The position numbers were made by a program, and so were the translations under genes. Below the pieces are notes generated by a model. The model was not told the DNA's origin and searched no databases. It saw only the letters and a program-made list of their open reading frames with translations. This document shows, piece by piece, positions 23,075 to 32,000 of a stretch of 32,000 nt of DNA. Numbering within the stretch: position 1 is the first letter of the stretch; each line of letters starts with the position of its first letter. The DNA lies in NCBI RefSeq assembly GCF_002803295.2, contig NZ_PGGB02000001.1, forward strand, positions 1 through 32,000, in the 5' to 3' direction. The stretch is from Caedibacter taeniospiralis. Its GTDB lineage: Bacteria; Pseudomonadota; Gammaproteobacteria; Francisellales; Francisellaceae.

Positions 23075-25747
23075 CTATAAAATCTGAGTTGTCATCATAC
23101 CTACGCACTCGGTTCCAAGACCAAAACTTTTGCTGTAATACATCTCATCCAGGTAGTAAATGCCATGCCCAGGCTGAATTTCGTGCACTGCTTTCTCCTT
23201 TTTTAGTTTGTCCCAAACGTTAGGAAAGACATTCACGCTATATTTTTGCGCTTGTCGTAACAATTGATAGTAGCGACGAGCATTAAACTCCTTTGCTACA
23301 GAGCAAAGCTCAGCTACCAGCTTTTGCCCCTTCTTACCATATTGTACAATGACTGCCTGGGTTGGAGCGTCGATAGCCTTAAACTGTTTACCCGCCTCCA
23401 TAAAAGCCTGTCGCAAGAGGGGGACTTTCCCTTCACGATCAGAAAAATTTGAATTACATCCGATGCGAGAACTTAACAGGTTGAGCAAACTATCGTTCCT
23501 GTGATCTTTTCCTTTCAAGGGGTAGCTCATATCATCTGCTCGATCAAAAAAATAATAGCGAAAATACTGCTTGATCGCTGCCGGTGACAATACATCTTCC
23601 GCTGCGAGCCATGGATAGCGGAACGCGAGGGCGAGTAGACCCGGGTAGCCTTGCGCTGTTGATCAGCAAGCGACGTGCCGAAGGCGCCAGAGCGAAGTCT
23701 GTGACGTTGAGGCGGACGGCCCGGGCAAAATTTATACCGCCGAGGATAGCCGATTCGATTTTGTGTATGGATATACAAAATCTATCATGAGGCCCGAGGC
23801 ACCCTTGTACCCTTCAGAAAGAACCCTCTTCGCCTTCTCTTTGCCTATTTCAATTTCCTTCAGCATTCCTGTACTTTCACTGTCCGGGTTCACAATAAAA
23901 ACCTGCCCTTTGATCAAATTTCCTTGCTCATCTTTCAGATTGCCATTCCTATTACAGCGTCCTGCAGCCTGAGCAATAGAGTCCAAACCTGCCAAGAAGC
24001 GTATCACAGATGCAAAGTCCACATCAACGCCTGCTTCAATCAGTTGCGTTGAGATACAAAGCACGGGCTTTCGATGCTTCAGGTGCTTCTTAATTAGATA
24101 TAGGAAAATCCTGCGATGACGCGGACATTGATTTGTACTTAAATGGAATAAAGACGATGCATTCACCTGCTCGACACAACGTTGATACAACTCCTGCGCC
24201 CATGTTTTGGTGTTGACAATTACCAAGCAACTCCCGTGTATCTGGAGCTGCTCTACCGCCAGTGTAGATATCTCTGCGACATTCCAACCACCAGGCTTTA
24301 TTTGGTTATAAATACGTACCCGCCGAAGCTCAATAAAATGCCTATCAAAGTCGCCTGCCAGTTCATTTTCTTGGGGAATGACTAACTGCCCTTTATCAGG
24401 TTTTTTTAATTCGTTCAGTAAAGGCTGAGTCGCTGTACAAAGCACTACCGTAGTATCGCAACGCTGCACGAAAAAATTCATTGCGTTACAAAAAATATGC
24501 ACACAATTAATTGGCAATGTCTGAATCTCATCAAAAACAAGCACACTTTTAGCTAACTGATGCAAACGCCTAACACCTTTGGTTCCACCACTAAACAAGG
24601 TTTCCAGTAACTGCACCATAGTGGTCAGAACAATGGGAGCGTCCCAGTTTTCCGATACCAGTTTGGCGTGCCAGGTTTGCTGTTCAGACTCCAAATTAGA
24701 GTGATGTTCCAATACCCACGACCTAGCATCATCTCGATGCTCTACCACTTCGCGTATCACCTTAGCATTTTGCTCAATGATAGACGTGTATGGGATAACA
24801 TAGATAATACGCTCCAATCCGTGATGCTGAGCATGATGTAAAGCGTAACGTAAACTGGCGTAAGTTTTACCTCCACCTGTTGGTACAGTTAGCGTATAAA
24901 GCCCTTGGGACTTATACGCGTTACTCTTACAGTTATCGGAAATTTCCCGACGCAATTCATCTACATAGTTTCGCACTGACAGCCCCGAAAGATAATTTTC
25001 CAAGCGACCAATAGCAACGTCCCAATTAATTGATCCTGACTTTCCTAGGCGCTCTTTTAATCTGACAGGATCTTCAAACTCAGCGCTATTGAGTCTGTCA
25101 GCATCAATTAGGCAACTGAACAAAAAGCGGGTGAAAAATCCCAGGTTAAAGTAATCGATCATCGATGGCTTTTCAAAATTGACAAACTCTTTCAGTTTAT
25201 CAAACAGACCTTTTACCAACTCAACATTTGCAATTTGCTCAATTTTATCAAGTATCTCTTTCTCTGCGACCTGCCGACACTCGTCAAGGTTTACTTTCTC
25301 ATCAGCCTTACTCATACGATCAGAAAATACAGGCTTATCATCAATTCCAAAACAATCGATTAAACCACTGTGATGAGAGGCAATACATAAAGCCAGCATT
25401 TGACCACACAGCTCTCCTTGCCCAGCACCACCAATACGTTTCAGCTTCTGCCAAACCAAGTGAGCACCTGCTGTTGAGTGATCGACTTTCCCTTTCATCC
25501 CTTTAGCATCAACATAATCATCCTCATCAGGGTTAATTTCACCTGTAGCTGACTTTATATAGCGTTGAAACTCTTGGCTGTACTTTCCGAAATCATGCAA
25601 CAAACCAAGCAACCTGCCAGCATTTTCCGCACCCATTTTACTGGAAAAGGTACTAGCAATCTCTCCAACCTCATACAAATGAGTATGAAGAAACTGACAT
25701 TCTCCATCAATTTTTCTTTTGTGTGCAATAAATTTAGGCTTACTCAT
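23075..25747 (-). pseudogene. cas3: Cas3 (type I-C HD nuclease/helicase), split by a ~206-bp repeat element
   Basis: HD domain LLHDFGKYSQEFQ; helicase motifs LTVPTGGGKTYASLRYALHH, VLVFDEIQTLP and STQLIEAGVDVDF end at ...KRVLSEGYK (~23806). The C-terminal part SPAAIKQYFRYYFFDRADDMSYPL... is at 23075-23599. Confidence 0.94.
23600..23805 (+). mobile_element. Repeat element copy C, inserted in cas3
   Basis: CGCTGCGAGCCATGGATAGCGGAACGCGAGGGCGAGTAGACCCGGGTAGCC...GAGGCCCGAGGCACCCT. Confidence 0.87.
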
Positions 25748-25986
25748 TGCTCCACTTTCCTTCTCAATTCCCTATAAAACCAAAGCATACCTTGCAAAAT
25801 AAAGCGTCGTCAACCAGTTCCCTCAAAAACCTCAGATTTATACCTGTTCCAAATTTTGTTCATACACACCTCCGTATCGACATCTATTTTACCCTGGCAC
25901 AGGTATCGCCGATTTATTCCTAATCCGCTTTCTATTTCCCTAAAACCTCTTTATTCTATAGCCTGATTTTTTAACACCGCTAACCT

Positions 25987-27129
25987 ATGGGGGATTTATG
26001 CCCGATGGAGAGAACACCTAATCACAAAAAACCGTTGATCAGTATTCGTAATTTAGTCAAACGCTTTGACGATGGACATACTGCGGTTGATGGCATTTCT
26101 TTAGATATTTATCCAAATGAATTTTTCGCTTTGCTTGGCAGCTCCGGCAGCGGCAAGAGTACTTTACTCAGGCTTTTAGCGGGGTTTGAACAGCCAACCG
26201 ATGGCAAAATTCTGATTGATGGTGTCGATATGACAAGCATCCCTCCTTACAACCGCCCCATCAATATGATGTTTCAGTCATATGCCTTGTTTCCTCATAT
26301 GACGATTGAACAGAATATCATGTTCGGGCTAAAGCAGGACAAACTCCCCAAAGCTGAAATTATCACACGCACAGCGTCTGCCCTTAAAATCATCAAAATG
26401 GAACACCTGGCAAAACGCAAGCCCCATCAGTTATCTGGCGGGCAGCGCCAGCGAGCCGCACTTGCTCGCTGTCTTGCAAAACGCCCTAAGCTTATTCTTC
26501 TGGATGAGCCATTATCTGCCCTGGATAAAAATTTACGCGATCAGATGAAATTTGAACTGGTTGACATTCAGGAACAAACGGGCAGTACCTTCATTATGGT
26601 GACACATGACCAGGAAGAAGCAATGACGATGGCAACCCGCATTGGCATTATGTCTGAAGGATGGCTAGAACAGGTGAGTCCGCCCCAGGAAGTCTATGAG
26701 TTTCCAAAAACCCGCTTTGTCGCTAACTTTATCGGTAAAAGCGCCATTTTTGAGGGGGCAATCAGTCAGATCAATGATGATTCAAGCGTTATTGATTCCG
26801 ATGAAGTAAAATGCGCTTTTAAACTGGATCGTCGCATCGATGGCGTCGAAGCTCAGCAGATATGGATAGGGCTAAGACCTGAGAAAATATCGATCTCAAA
26901 AACTCCACCCAGAGACTACGATTCCAGGCGCCCTGTGAATACTATTGTTGGCAGAGTTAAGGATATTGCCTACATGGGAGGGCTTTCCACTTATCACGTT
27001 GAGAGCACCAGCGGCAAGAGAGTTATAGCCACGGACTTTAATGTTGAAAGAAATGCCGATCACCCGACCTGGGAGGATATGGTTTACTTAACGTGGGAGC
27101 CTGAAAATATCATGGTGCTGTACTCATGA
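25987..27129 (+). CDS. potA: Spermidine/putrescine ABC transporter ATP-binding protein
   Basis: LLGSSGSGKSTLLRLLAGFEQPTDG, QLSGGQRQRAALARCLAKRPKLILLDEPLSALDKNLR, FIMVTHDQEEAMTMA. Confidence 0.94.
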   Translation: MGDLCPMERTPNHKKPLISIRNLVKRFDDGHTAVDGISLDIYPNEFFALLGSSGSGKSTLLRLLAGFEQPTDGKILIDGVDMTSIPPYNRPINMMFQSYALFPHMTIEQNIMFGLKQDKLPKAEIITRTASALKIIKMEHLAKRKPHQLSGGQRQRAALARCLAKRPKLILLDEPLSALDKNLRDQMKFELVDIQEQTGSTFIMVTHDQEEAMTMATRIGIMSEGWLEQVSPPQEVYEFPKTRFVANFIGKSAIFEGAISQINDDSSVIDSDEVKCAFKLDRRIDGVEAQQIWIGLRPEKISISKTPPRDYDSRRPVNTIVGRVKDIAYMGGLSTYHVESTSGKRVIATDFNVERNADHPTWEDMVYLTWEPENIMVLYS

Positions 27130-28043
27130 AGTGGCTTGTCAACCTTAATCCCAATCTTGTGCACAAATGGCAGAATCGTTTTGTCATTCTGGTACCTATG
27201 CTATGGTTTATGCTGTTTTTGCTTGTCCCTTTTCTATTTGTCCTGACCATAAGCTTTACTTTGCCTGCGGATGGCACCCCTCCATTTACTGCCATTCTGG
27301 AATATGCTGAGCATACACTGCATATTATTTTACATCTTGATAATTATCTGCAAACGCTAAGCTCTAATCTCGTTTTTATCGCGCTTTTTGATTCCCTCAG
27401 TGTGGCATTTACCACCACGCTTCTGTGCATTTTAATCGGATATCCCATGGCATTGGCACTTGCGCATATCAAACGCAAAAATGTACAACTTATTTTTCTG
27501 ATCATGATTATCATCCCTTACTGGACGTCTTTTCTTTTGCGCACCTACGCCTGGGTAACACTGCTGGGAAATCATCAGTTGAATGTTTTTCTGATGGGAC
27601 TGGGTTTACCAAGCATGGCTTTACTGTATAACAATTTTTCCATGTACCTTGGCATGGTCTATTGCTACTTACCTTTCTTAGTACTCCCGCTTTATGCGAC
27701 TTTGATTAAGCTTGACCCCATTTTAAATGACGCTGCCGCCGATTTGGGCGCCACACCCATGCAAACTTTCTTCAAAATCACGCTACCTCTTTCCATGCCA
27801 GGGCTTATTGCAGGGAGTCTTCTTGTATTTATTCCAGCGGTTGGCGAGGTCGTTGTGCCACAAATCATGGGAGGATTAAACAGCGTTATGATTGGCAGTA
27901 TCATCTGGGAGCAATTTTTTACTGCCAATAACTGGGGAATGTCGGCTGCCATGTCAGTTATTCTGCTGATCATTCTGGTGATTCCTGTGATCTGGATGCA
28001 AAAAATTCAACAGCGGCAGGCAAAAGCCTCGGGGAGTGTATAA
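27126..28043 (+). CDS. potB: Spermidine/putrescine ABC transporter permease PotB
   Basis: IPYWTSFLLRTYAWVTLLGNHQ, DAAADLGATPMQTFFKITLPLSMPGLIAGSLLVFIPAVGEVVVPQIMGG. Overlaps potA by 4 bp. Confidence 0.93.
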   Translation: MKWLVNLNPNLVHKWQNRFVILVPMLWFMLFLLVPFLFVLTISFTLPADGTPPFTAILEYAEHTLHIILHLDNYLQTLSSNLVFIALFDSLSVAFTTTLLCILIGYPMALALAHIKRKNVQLIFLIMIIIPYWTSFLLRTYAWVTLLGNHQLNVFLMGLGLPSMALLYNNFSMYLGMVYCYLPFLVLPLYATLIKLDPILNDAAADLGATPMQTFFKITLPLSMPGLIAGSLLVFIPAVGEVVVPQIMGGLNSVMIGSIIWEQFFTANNWGMSAAMSVILLIILVIPVIWMQKIQQRQAKASGSV

Positions 28044-28861
28044 TGCGCATTTTTTCCTATAGCAAGATAATGCTCATCCTTGGACTTACTTTCTTATATA
28101 TCCCACTGGTCATCTTGATTCTTTTTTCATTTAGCGAATCACAAATCATCAACTTATGGGGAGGGTTTACCCTGTATTGGTATAAGGTGCTGTTTCAGGA
28201 CAGTGACATCATCGGTGCAGCGTTAATCAGCTTGCAAGTTGCCCTTATCGCCTCACTGTCCGCCACGATTTTAGGCACCATGGTCGCTTATATAATGACA
28301 AGATTTCACTACTTTAGAAGCAAAAACTTTCTTTACGGCATGGTCATTACCCCCTTAGTCCTACCTGATATTGTGCTTGGGGTATCGCTGCTTTTAATGT
28401 TTACATCACTGCAAAACCTGATCGGCTTGCCCCATGGCAGAGGAATGATGACCATTATTATCGCTCACATTACCTTTTGTACCGCCTATGTCACGATTGT
28501 GATGCAAGCGCGTATCGCCAGTGTCGATCGCTCGATCGAAGAAGCCGCCATGGATTTGGGCGCTAAACCCGCTAGAATCTTCTTCCAAATTACCCTGCCA
28601 CAAATCATCCCATCCTTACTCGCCTCATTTTTACTGGCATTTACGCTATCAATGGATGACCTGGTTATCACCGAGTTTGTTGCAGGTAGCAGTGATCCAA
28701 CCTTGCCTATGTATATTTATTCAACCGTTAAAAATGGTCCAACACCAGAAATCAACGCTCTGGCAACACTCATGATTGCTATTATTTCAACCTGTATCAT
28801 CATTGGAGCCTATATTGCATTTAAGATGGAAGGTAACCGTAAGCGACGGAAACGAAAATAG
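28043..28861 (+). CDS. potC: Spermidine/putrescine ABC transporter permease PotC
   Basis: YIPLVILILFSFSES, LVLPDIVLGVSLL, IEEAAMDLGAKPARIFFQITLPQIIPSLLASFLLAFTLSMDDLVITEFVAG. Confidence 0.94.
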   Translation: MRIFSYSKIMLILGLTFLYIPLVILILFSFSESQIINLWGGFTLYWYKVLFQDSDIIGAALISLQVALIASLSATILGTMVAYIMTRFHYFRSKNFLYGMVITPLVLPDIVLGVSLLLMFTSLQNLIGLPHGRGMMTIIIAHITFCTAYVTIVMQARIASVDRSIEEAAMDLGAKPARIFFQITLPQIIPSLLASFLLAFTLSMDDLVITEFVAGSSDPTLPMYIYSTVKNGPTPEINALATLMIAIISTCIIIGAYIAFKMEGNRKRRKRK

Positions 28862-29015
28862 CGTATGGCTATGTGTGTCAACCCGATAAAGCGATGCGCT
28901 CTTTAAACCTTATTTTATGTTCCTCCTTATCCTTTAAGTACAAAAATCATCCTTGACTTCTGATGAATGATCGCCAAAATAGCGGCATAATTTTTGCCAG
29001 AAAAAACTTTTAACC

Positions 29016-30137
29016 ATGAGAAAACCGCTAAAAATCTTAATGCTATTAACCGCGCTTTTGCCCTTAAGTGTCTTCTCTAGCACAAGCATTAGTTTTGAAC
29101 CTGTCAATTATCAAGCATTACCTGATTGGGATTGTGGCGATCAAATGTACGCTTATCAGGCTTTACAAATTTCATGCAAAGTAATTTTAAAAAACACTAA
29201 CTACAACCGCGACTGGATTAACAGCTGTCAAAATATTCTAAGCACACCTGCGCACACAGATCGCCGCGCCAGAGAAATGCTCGAGAAAAACTTCACCCCT
29301 TATCTTGTGCGCTATGACGATAAAGCTGAGGGACTCTTTACCGGTTATTATGCCCCTGCTATCGCGGGGAGTTTATATCGCAGTGCTGAATTTTCTGTGC
29401 CTATTTACCGAACTCCTAAAGATTTAATTCAGAAAAAAACAGGTTCAGGCACACAGTTTGGTCGCATGGTTGATGGGAAGCTCATCCCCTACTACACGCG
29501 CGAAGAAATTGCCAAGAATAATTACTTGAGCAAGAAAGACGTCATCGTCTGGGTCAGATCACGCATTGAAAGAACATTTTTGCAAATCCAGGGCTCAGGG
29601 CGAATTGAGTTAGAGAATGGCGACAGCATATTGGTTGGTTATGACAGCCAGAATGGGCATCCTTACCGACCCATCGGTCGTTACTTAATAGAAAATGGAC
29701 TCATGCCGCGAAATGAAATCACGATGCAGTCGATTAAAACATGGCTTTACGACCATCCTGAAGAGGCGGATAAAGTCTTAAATTATGATCCTTCCTTCGT
29801 ATTTTTCCGTACGTTGAGCCACGGCAATCCAATAGGTGCACAAGGGGTACCATTGACTCCTGGATACTCCATTGCGATCGACAGTAAATTTTACCAGTAT
29901 GGAACCCCTGTCTGGTTAAGCTCATCCTACCATAAGCCCAATCAAAAAATACATAAGCTTGACCGACTCTTAATCGCACAAGATACGGGGGGAGCTATCC
30001 GTGGCGCTATTCGCGGGGATGTATTTTGGGGAAGCGGTTCAGATGCCGAATTTTATGCAGGACACATGAAAAATCTTGGGAAAATGTTTGTGCTTTTACC
30101 TAAGTCCAATGCTTTGAATTTTGTTAGCAATGACTAA
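29016..30137 (+). CDS. mltA: Membrane-bound lytic murein transglycosylase A
   Basis: EGLFTGYYAPAIAGS, VWVRSRIERTFLQIQGSGRIELENGDSILVGYDSQNGHPYRPIGRYLI, LIAQDTGGAIRGAIRGDVFWG. Confidence 0.94.
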   Translation: MRKPLKILMLLTALLPLSVFSSTSISFEPVNYQALPDWDCGDQMYAYQALQISCKVILKNTNYNRDWINSCQNILSTPAHTDRRAREMLEKNFTPYLVRYDDKAEGLFTGYYAPAIAGSLYRSAEFSVPIYRTPKDLIQKKTGSGTQFGRMVDGKLIPYYTREEIAKNNYLSKKDVIVWVRSRIERTFLQIQGSGRIELENGDSILVGYDSQNGHPYRPIGRYLIENGLMPRNEITMQSIKTWLYDHPEEADKVLNYDPSFVFFRTLSHGNPIGAQGVPLTPGYSIAIDSKFYQYGTPVWLSSSYHKPNQKIHKLDRLLIAQDTGGAIRGAIRGDVFWGSGSDAEFYAGHMKNLGKMFVLLPKSNALNFVSND

Positions 30138-30427
30138 TGCAACACTACCCACTTTCGACTCAGGATATTGTATTTATTAAGCTCTTGCTCATGAAATTTG
30201 GTTAGGAACTCACGATTATTTACTTCCATCGCAAATTCTTTTTGTGCCAGGCTTATCCCATAGCGGCGACACCAGCGCTTAACGGTCCACACCTCGTAGC
30301 CCATTAGTTCCGAGGCCTCAAGATAAGAAACACCTTGATCGTGCAAATCATTTAAAACCTTCTCGGCAGGTTTTCCATATTTCTTCAAAACATTTAATTC
30401 AAAATTATTGCTATATTGATTTGGCAT
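30134..30427 (-). CDS. Small HTH-like hypothetical protein
   Basis: 97-aa ORF with LNDLHDQGVSYLEASELMGYEVWTVKRWCRRYGISL, resembling a helix-turn-helix. Confidence 0.5.
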   Translation of the reverse strand: MPNQYSNNFELNVLKKYGKPAEKVLNDLHDQGVSYLEASELMGYEVWTVKRWCRRYGISLAQKEFAMEVNNREFLTKFHEQELNKYNILSRKWVVLH

Positions 30428-30599
30428 TATCTGCTCCTATTGCAACTATTATTCCGTCAACGAGGTCAATTCTCACATAGAACAACTAAGCAAGCCAATA
30501 AAATAAAATAATCAACTACATAACAAAAAGCTATTGCTAAGGGGGTTTCAACTTAGATAACACTCAGTGCAGAATGGATGGGCAAACAGGTTGAGTATT

Positions 30600-30626
30600 G
30601 GTGGATGCGCCTTTGGCTTATCCACC
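30600..30626. repeat. Imperfect palindrome (REP-like) in the mltA-marR intergenic region
   Basis: GGTGGATGCGCCTTTGGCTTATCCACC: 7-bp GGTGGAT/ATCCACC stem. Confidence 0.4.
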
Positions 30627-30657
30627 CTACTACCTACCGTCAGAACGAATGGGTATC

Positions 30658-31146
30658 TTATGAAACTTTAGATCCCTGACCTGCTTCACTACTGTTCTGA
30701 AGCTCCTCTAGTGTTTTGGATAAGTTGGCTTTAAGCTTCTCCAGTGTCAGCATAAGGGATTTTTTTTCCTCTTGACTGACATCACTTAAAATTTCGGCAT
30801 AATGCGCAGCAACCGACTTATCAAGCTCCTCTAAGACAGCTAAGCCTCGCTTGGTTACCTGAACGCATTTAGCACGCCGATCACTCTCATGTGCTACGCG
30901 TTCGATTAACCCTTGCTCGGCAAGGCGATCCAAAACTCGAATTAAATTTTGTGCCTCGATTTCCAGATGTCCTGCCAGCTCTATTTGAGTGAGTTTTGGA
31001 CGAAATCTGGCATGCACTAACGCACGACGATCCAATACATTTAAACCGAGTTCTTTGGCGTGTACATTATAAATCTTACGAATCAGAAGTCCTGTGTCAC
31101 AAATAGCAAACTCCAGCAACTGCGTTGTCGCATCATCTATGCTCAC
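30658..31146 (-). CDS. MarR-family transcriptional regulator
   Basis: KLTQIELAGHLEIEAQNLIRVLDRLAEQGLIERVAHESDRRAKCVQVTKRGLAVLEEL. Confidence 0.9.
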   Translation of the reverse strand: MSIDDATTQLLEFAICDTGLLIRKIYNVHAKELGLNVLDRRALVHARFRPKLTQIELAGHLEIEAQNLIRVLDRLAEQGLIERVAHESDRRAKCVQVTKRGLAVLEELDKSVAAHYAEILSDVSQEEKKSLMLTLEKLKANLSKTLEELQNSSEAGQGSKVS

Positions 31147-31985
31147 CTATTCACCTTTTGTCTTTGTGTCTGGAGCCTGATTATAACAATGGCGCTAGCG
31201 ATTGTCAGCAGGATTCCCAACATCGTTAGACCATCATGAGACTCCGCAAAAAACAGCATCCCAATAGCAGCTGCAAAAATGACATTAGCATAGTAAAGCA
31301 CAGAAAAACTTTGCGCTTGAATATGCGCTAATGCGACTACCAATAGATATTGGACAAAGAAAAAAAGAATGCCTATTAAGCACAAAACCAATAAAGCTTT
31401 AATGGAAACGACTTGCCAAAATGGGATGCTAATAACCCCCGCAATCAAGCTTGAAAACAGAAAGTAATAAAAAACTGTTGTGACACCGCTATCATGTGCT
31501 GAAATTTTTCGCACCATAATAATGGAAAGCGCCATGGATAAGCCTGCCCCCAGTGCCACAATCGCATAGGGACTCATAATGTTTGCATCTGGTTTTAAAA
31601 TCATTACTACGCCTAAAAAGCCAAAACCAAGAGGTAGCCACAACGCATGCTGAAACTTTTGTCTGGCAAAAATAAATAAGATGAAGGGCACAAAAAAAGG
31701 TGACGTATTTGCCAGCAGCACACCATCCACTAGCGAGACATGTGTAATCGAAATAAACAAAAAATAACTAATGCCTAAGCTAAATACTGCTCGCGCCAGA
31801 TGCTGGAGTAGCACCTGTGTTTTAAACAGGTTTCTCTGCCAGTTTCGCCGTTGATAAAACATCAACGGTAGCAATATAAGCAGAGCCACCAAACTTTGAC
31901 TAAATACGATCATAGGAATACTAAGATTTAGGCTAAATACCTTAATTAACGCAGCTTGAACAGCATAAATTAACGCACTTAGCAA
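31143..31985 (-). CDS. EamA/DMT-family transporter (N-terminus may extend beyond the window)
   Basis: Repeated hydrophobic segments with ALFSLGISYFLFISITHVSLVDGVLLANTSPFFVPF, YALVALG-like and LGLGFLGVVMILKPD-type EamA motifs. Confidence 0.85.
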   Translation of the reverse strand: MLSALIYAVQAALIKVFSLNLSIPMIVFSQSLVALLILLPLMFYQRRNWQRNLFKTQVLLQHLARAVFSLGISYFLFISITHVSLVDGVLLANTSPFFVPFILFIFARQKFQHALWLPLGFGFLGVVMILKPDANIMSPYAIVALGAGLSMALSIIMVRKISAHDSGVTTVFYYFLFSSLIAGVISIPFWQVVSIKALLVLCLIGILFFFVQYLLVVALAHIQAQSFSVLYYANVIFAAAIGMLFFAESHDGLTMLGILLTIASAIVIIRLQTQRQKVNR

Positions 31986-32000
31986 CGTAAAACTTATCCC

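Noticed and set aside
22362-23108. Two separate small proteins between cas8c and cas3
   Set aside because: Both ORFs are in the same frame separated by one TAG; together they form a standard Cas5c.
23075-23590. A novel accessory gene between cas5 and cas3
   Set aside because: The sequence reads as the C-terminal part of Cas3 continuing after the inserted element, in the same frame as the upstream ORF.
23584-23790. A 68-aa plus-strand ORF as a possible element-encoded protein
   Set aside because: It covers only the repeat element, and the copies differ in their centres and ends. There are no recognisable domain or start-site signals. Treated as incidental reading through the repeat.
17601-23805. 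The cas-interrupting repeats as self-splicing introns
   Set aside because: The copies occur in both orientations relative to the host transcripts and are ~200 nt with no recognised catalytic core.

Overview
The window opens with a complete rRNA operon, about 227 to 6785: 16S, tRNA-Ile(GAU), tRNA-Ala(TGC), 23S, 5S. The operon is heavily colonised by hairpin-forming insertions built on CTAGAAACTAG/CTAGAGACTAG units. They sit in 16S helix 6, in the 16S-23S spacer (including two identical 143-nt copies flanking tRNA-Ala), and in 23S positions corresponding to helices 9, 25, 45 (with a four-helix-bundle S23 IVS protein ORF) and 98. Two further 23S inserts of another type are bounded by perfect 15-bp inverted repeats. 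One of those carries a small frameshifted GIY-YIG nuclease ORF. Housekeeping genes follow: glpK, a DyP-type peroxidase, a GNAT, a RimK-like ATP-grasp protein, a class I/II aminotransferase, a RipA-like membrane protein, purN, purM and a lipoprotein. Next come a short type I-F-like CRISPR array with no I-F cas genes in the window, a Fic-family remnant lacking its catalytic core, and a type I-C CRISPR-Cas locus (array-cas2-cas1-cas4-cas7-cas8c-cas5-cas3, minus strand). Three copies of one ~190-222-bp repeat element interrupt cas1, cas7 and cas3, and cas5c carries a single in-frame amber codon at an expected tryptophan. The window ends with potABC, mltA, a small HTH-like ORF, a MarR regulator and an EamA-type transporter. 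The two strongest leads are the multi-site hairpin-element colonisation of the rRNA operon, including the 16S gene, and the uncharacterised repeat that disrupts three genes of one CRISPR-Cas operon. All homology statements come from recognising sequence motifs by eye; no database search was run.
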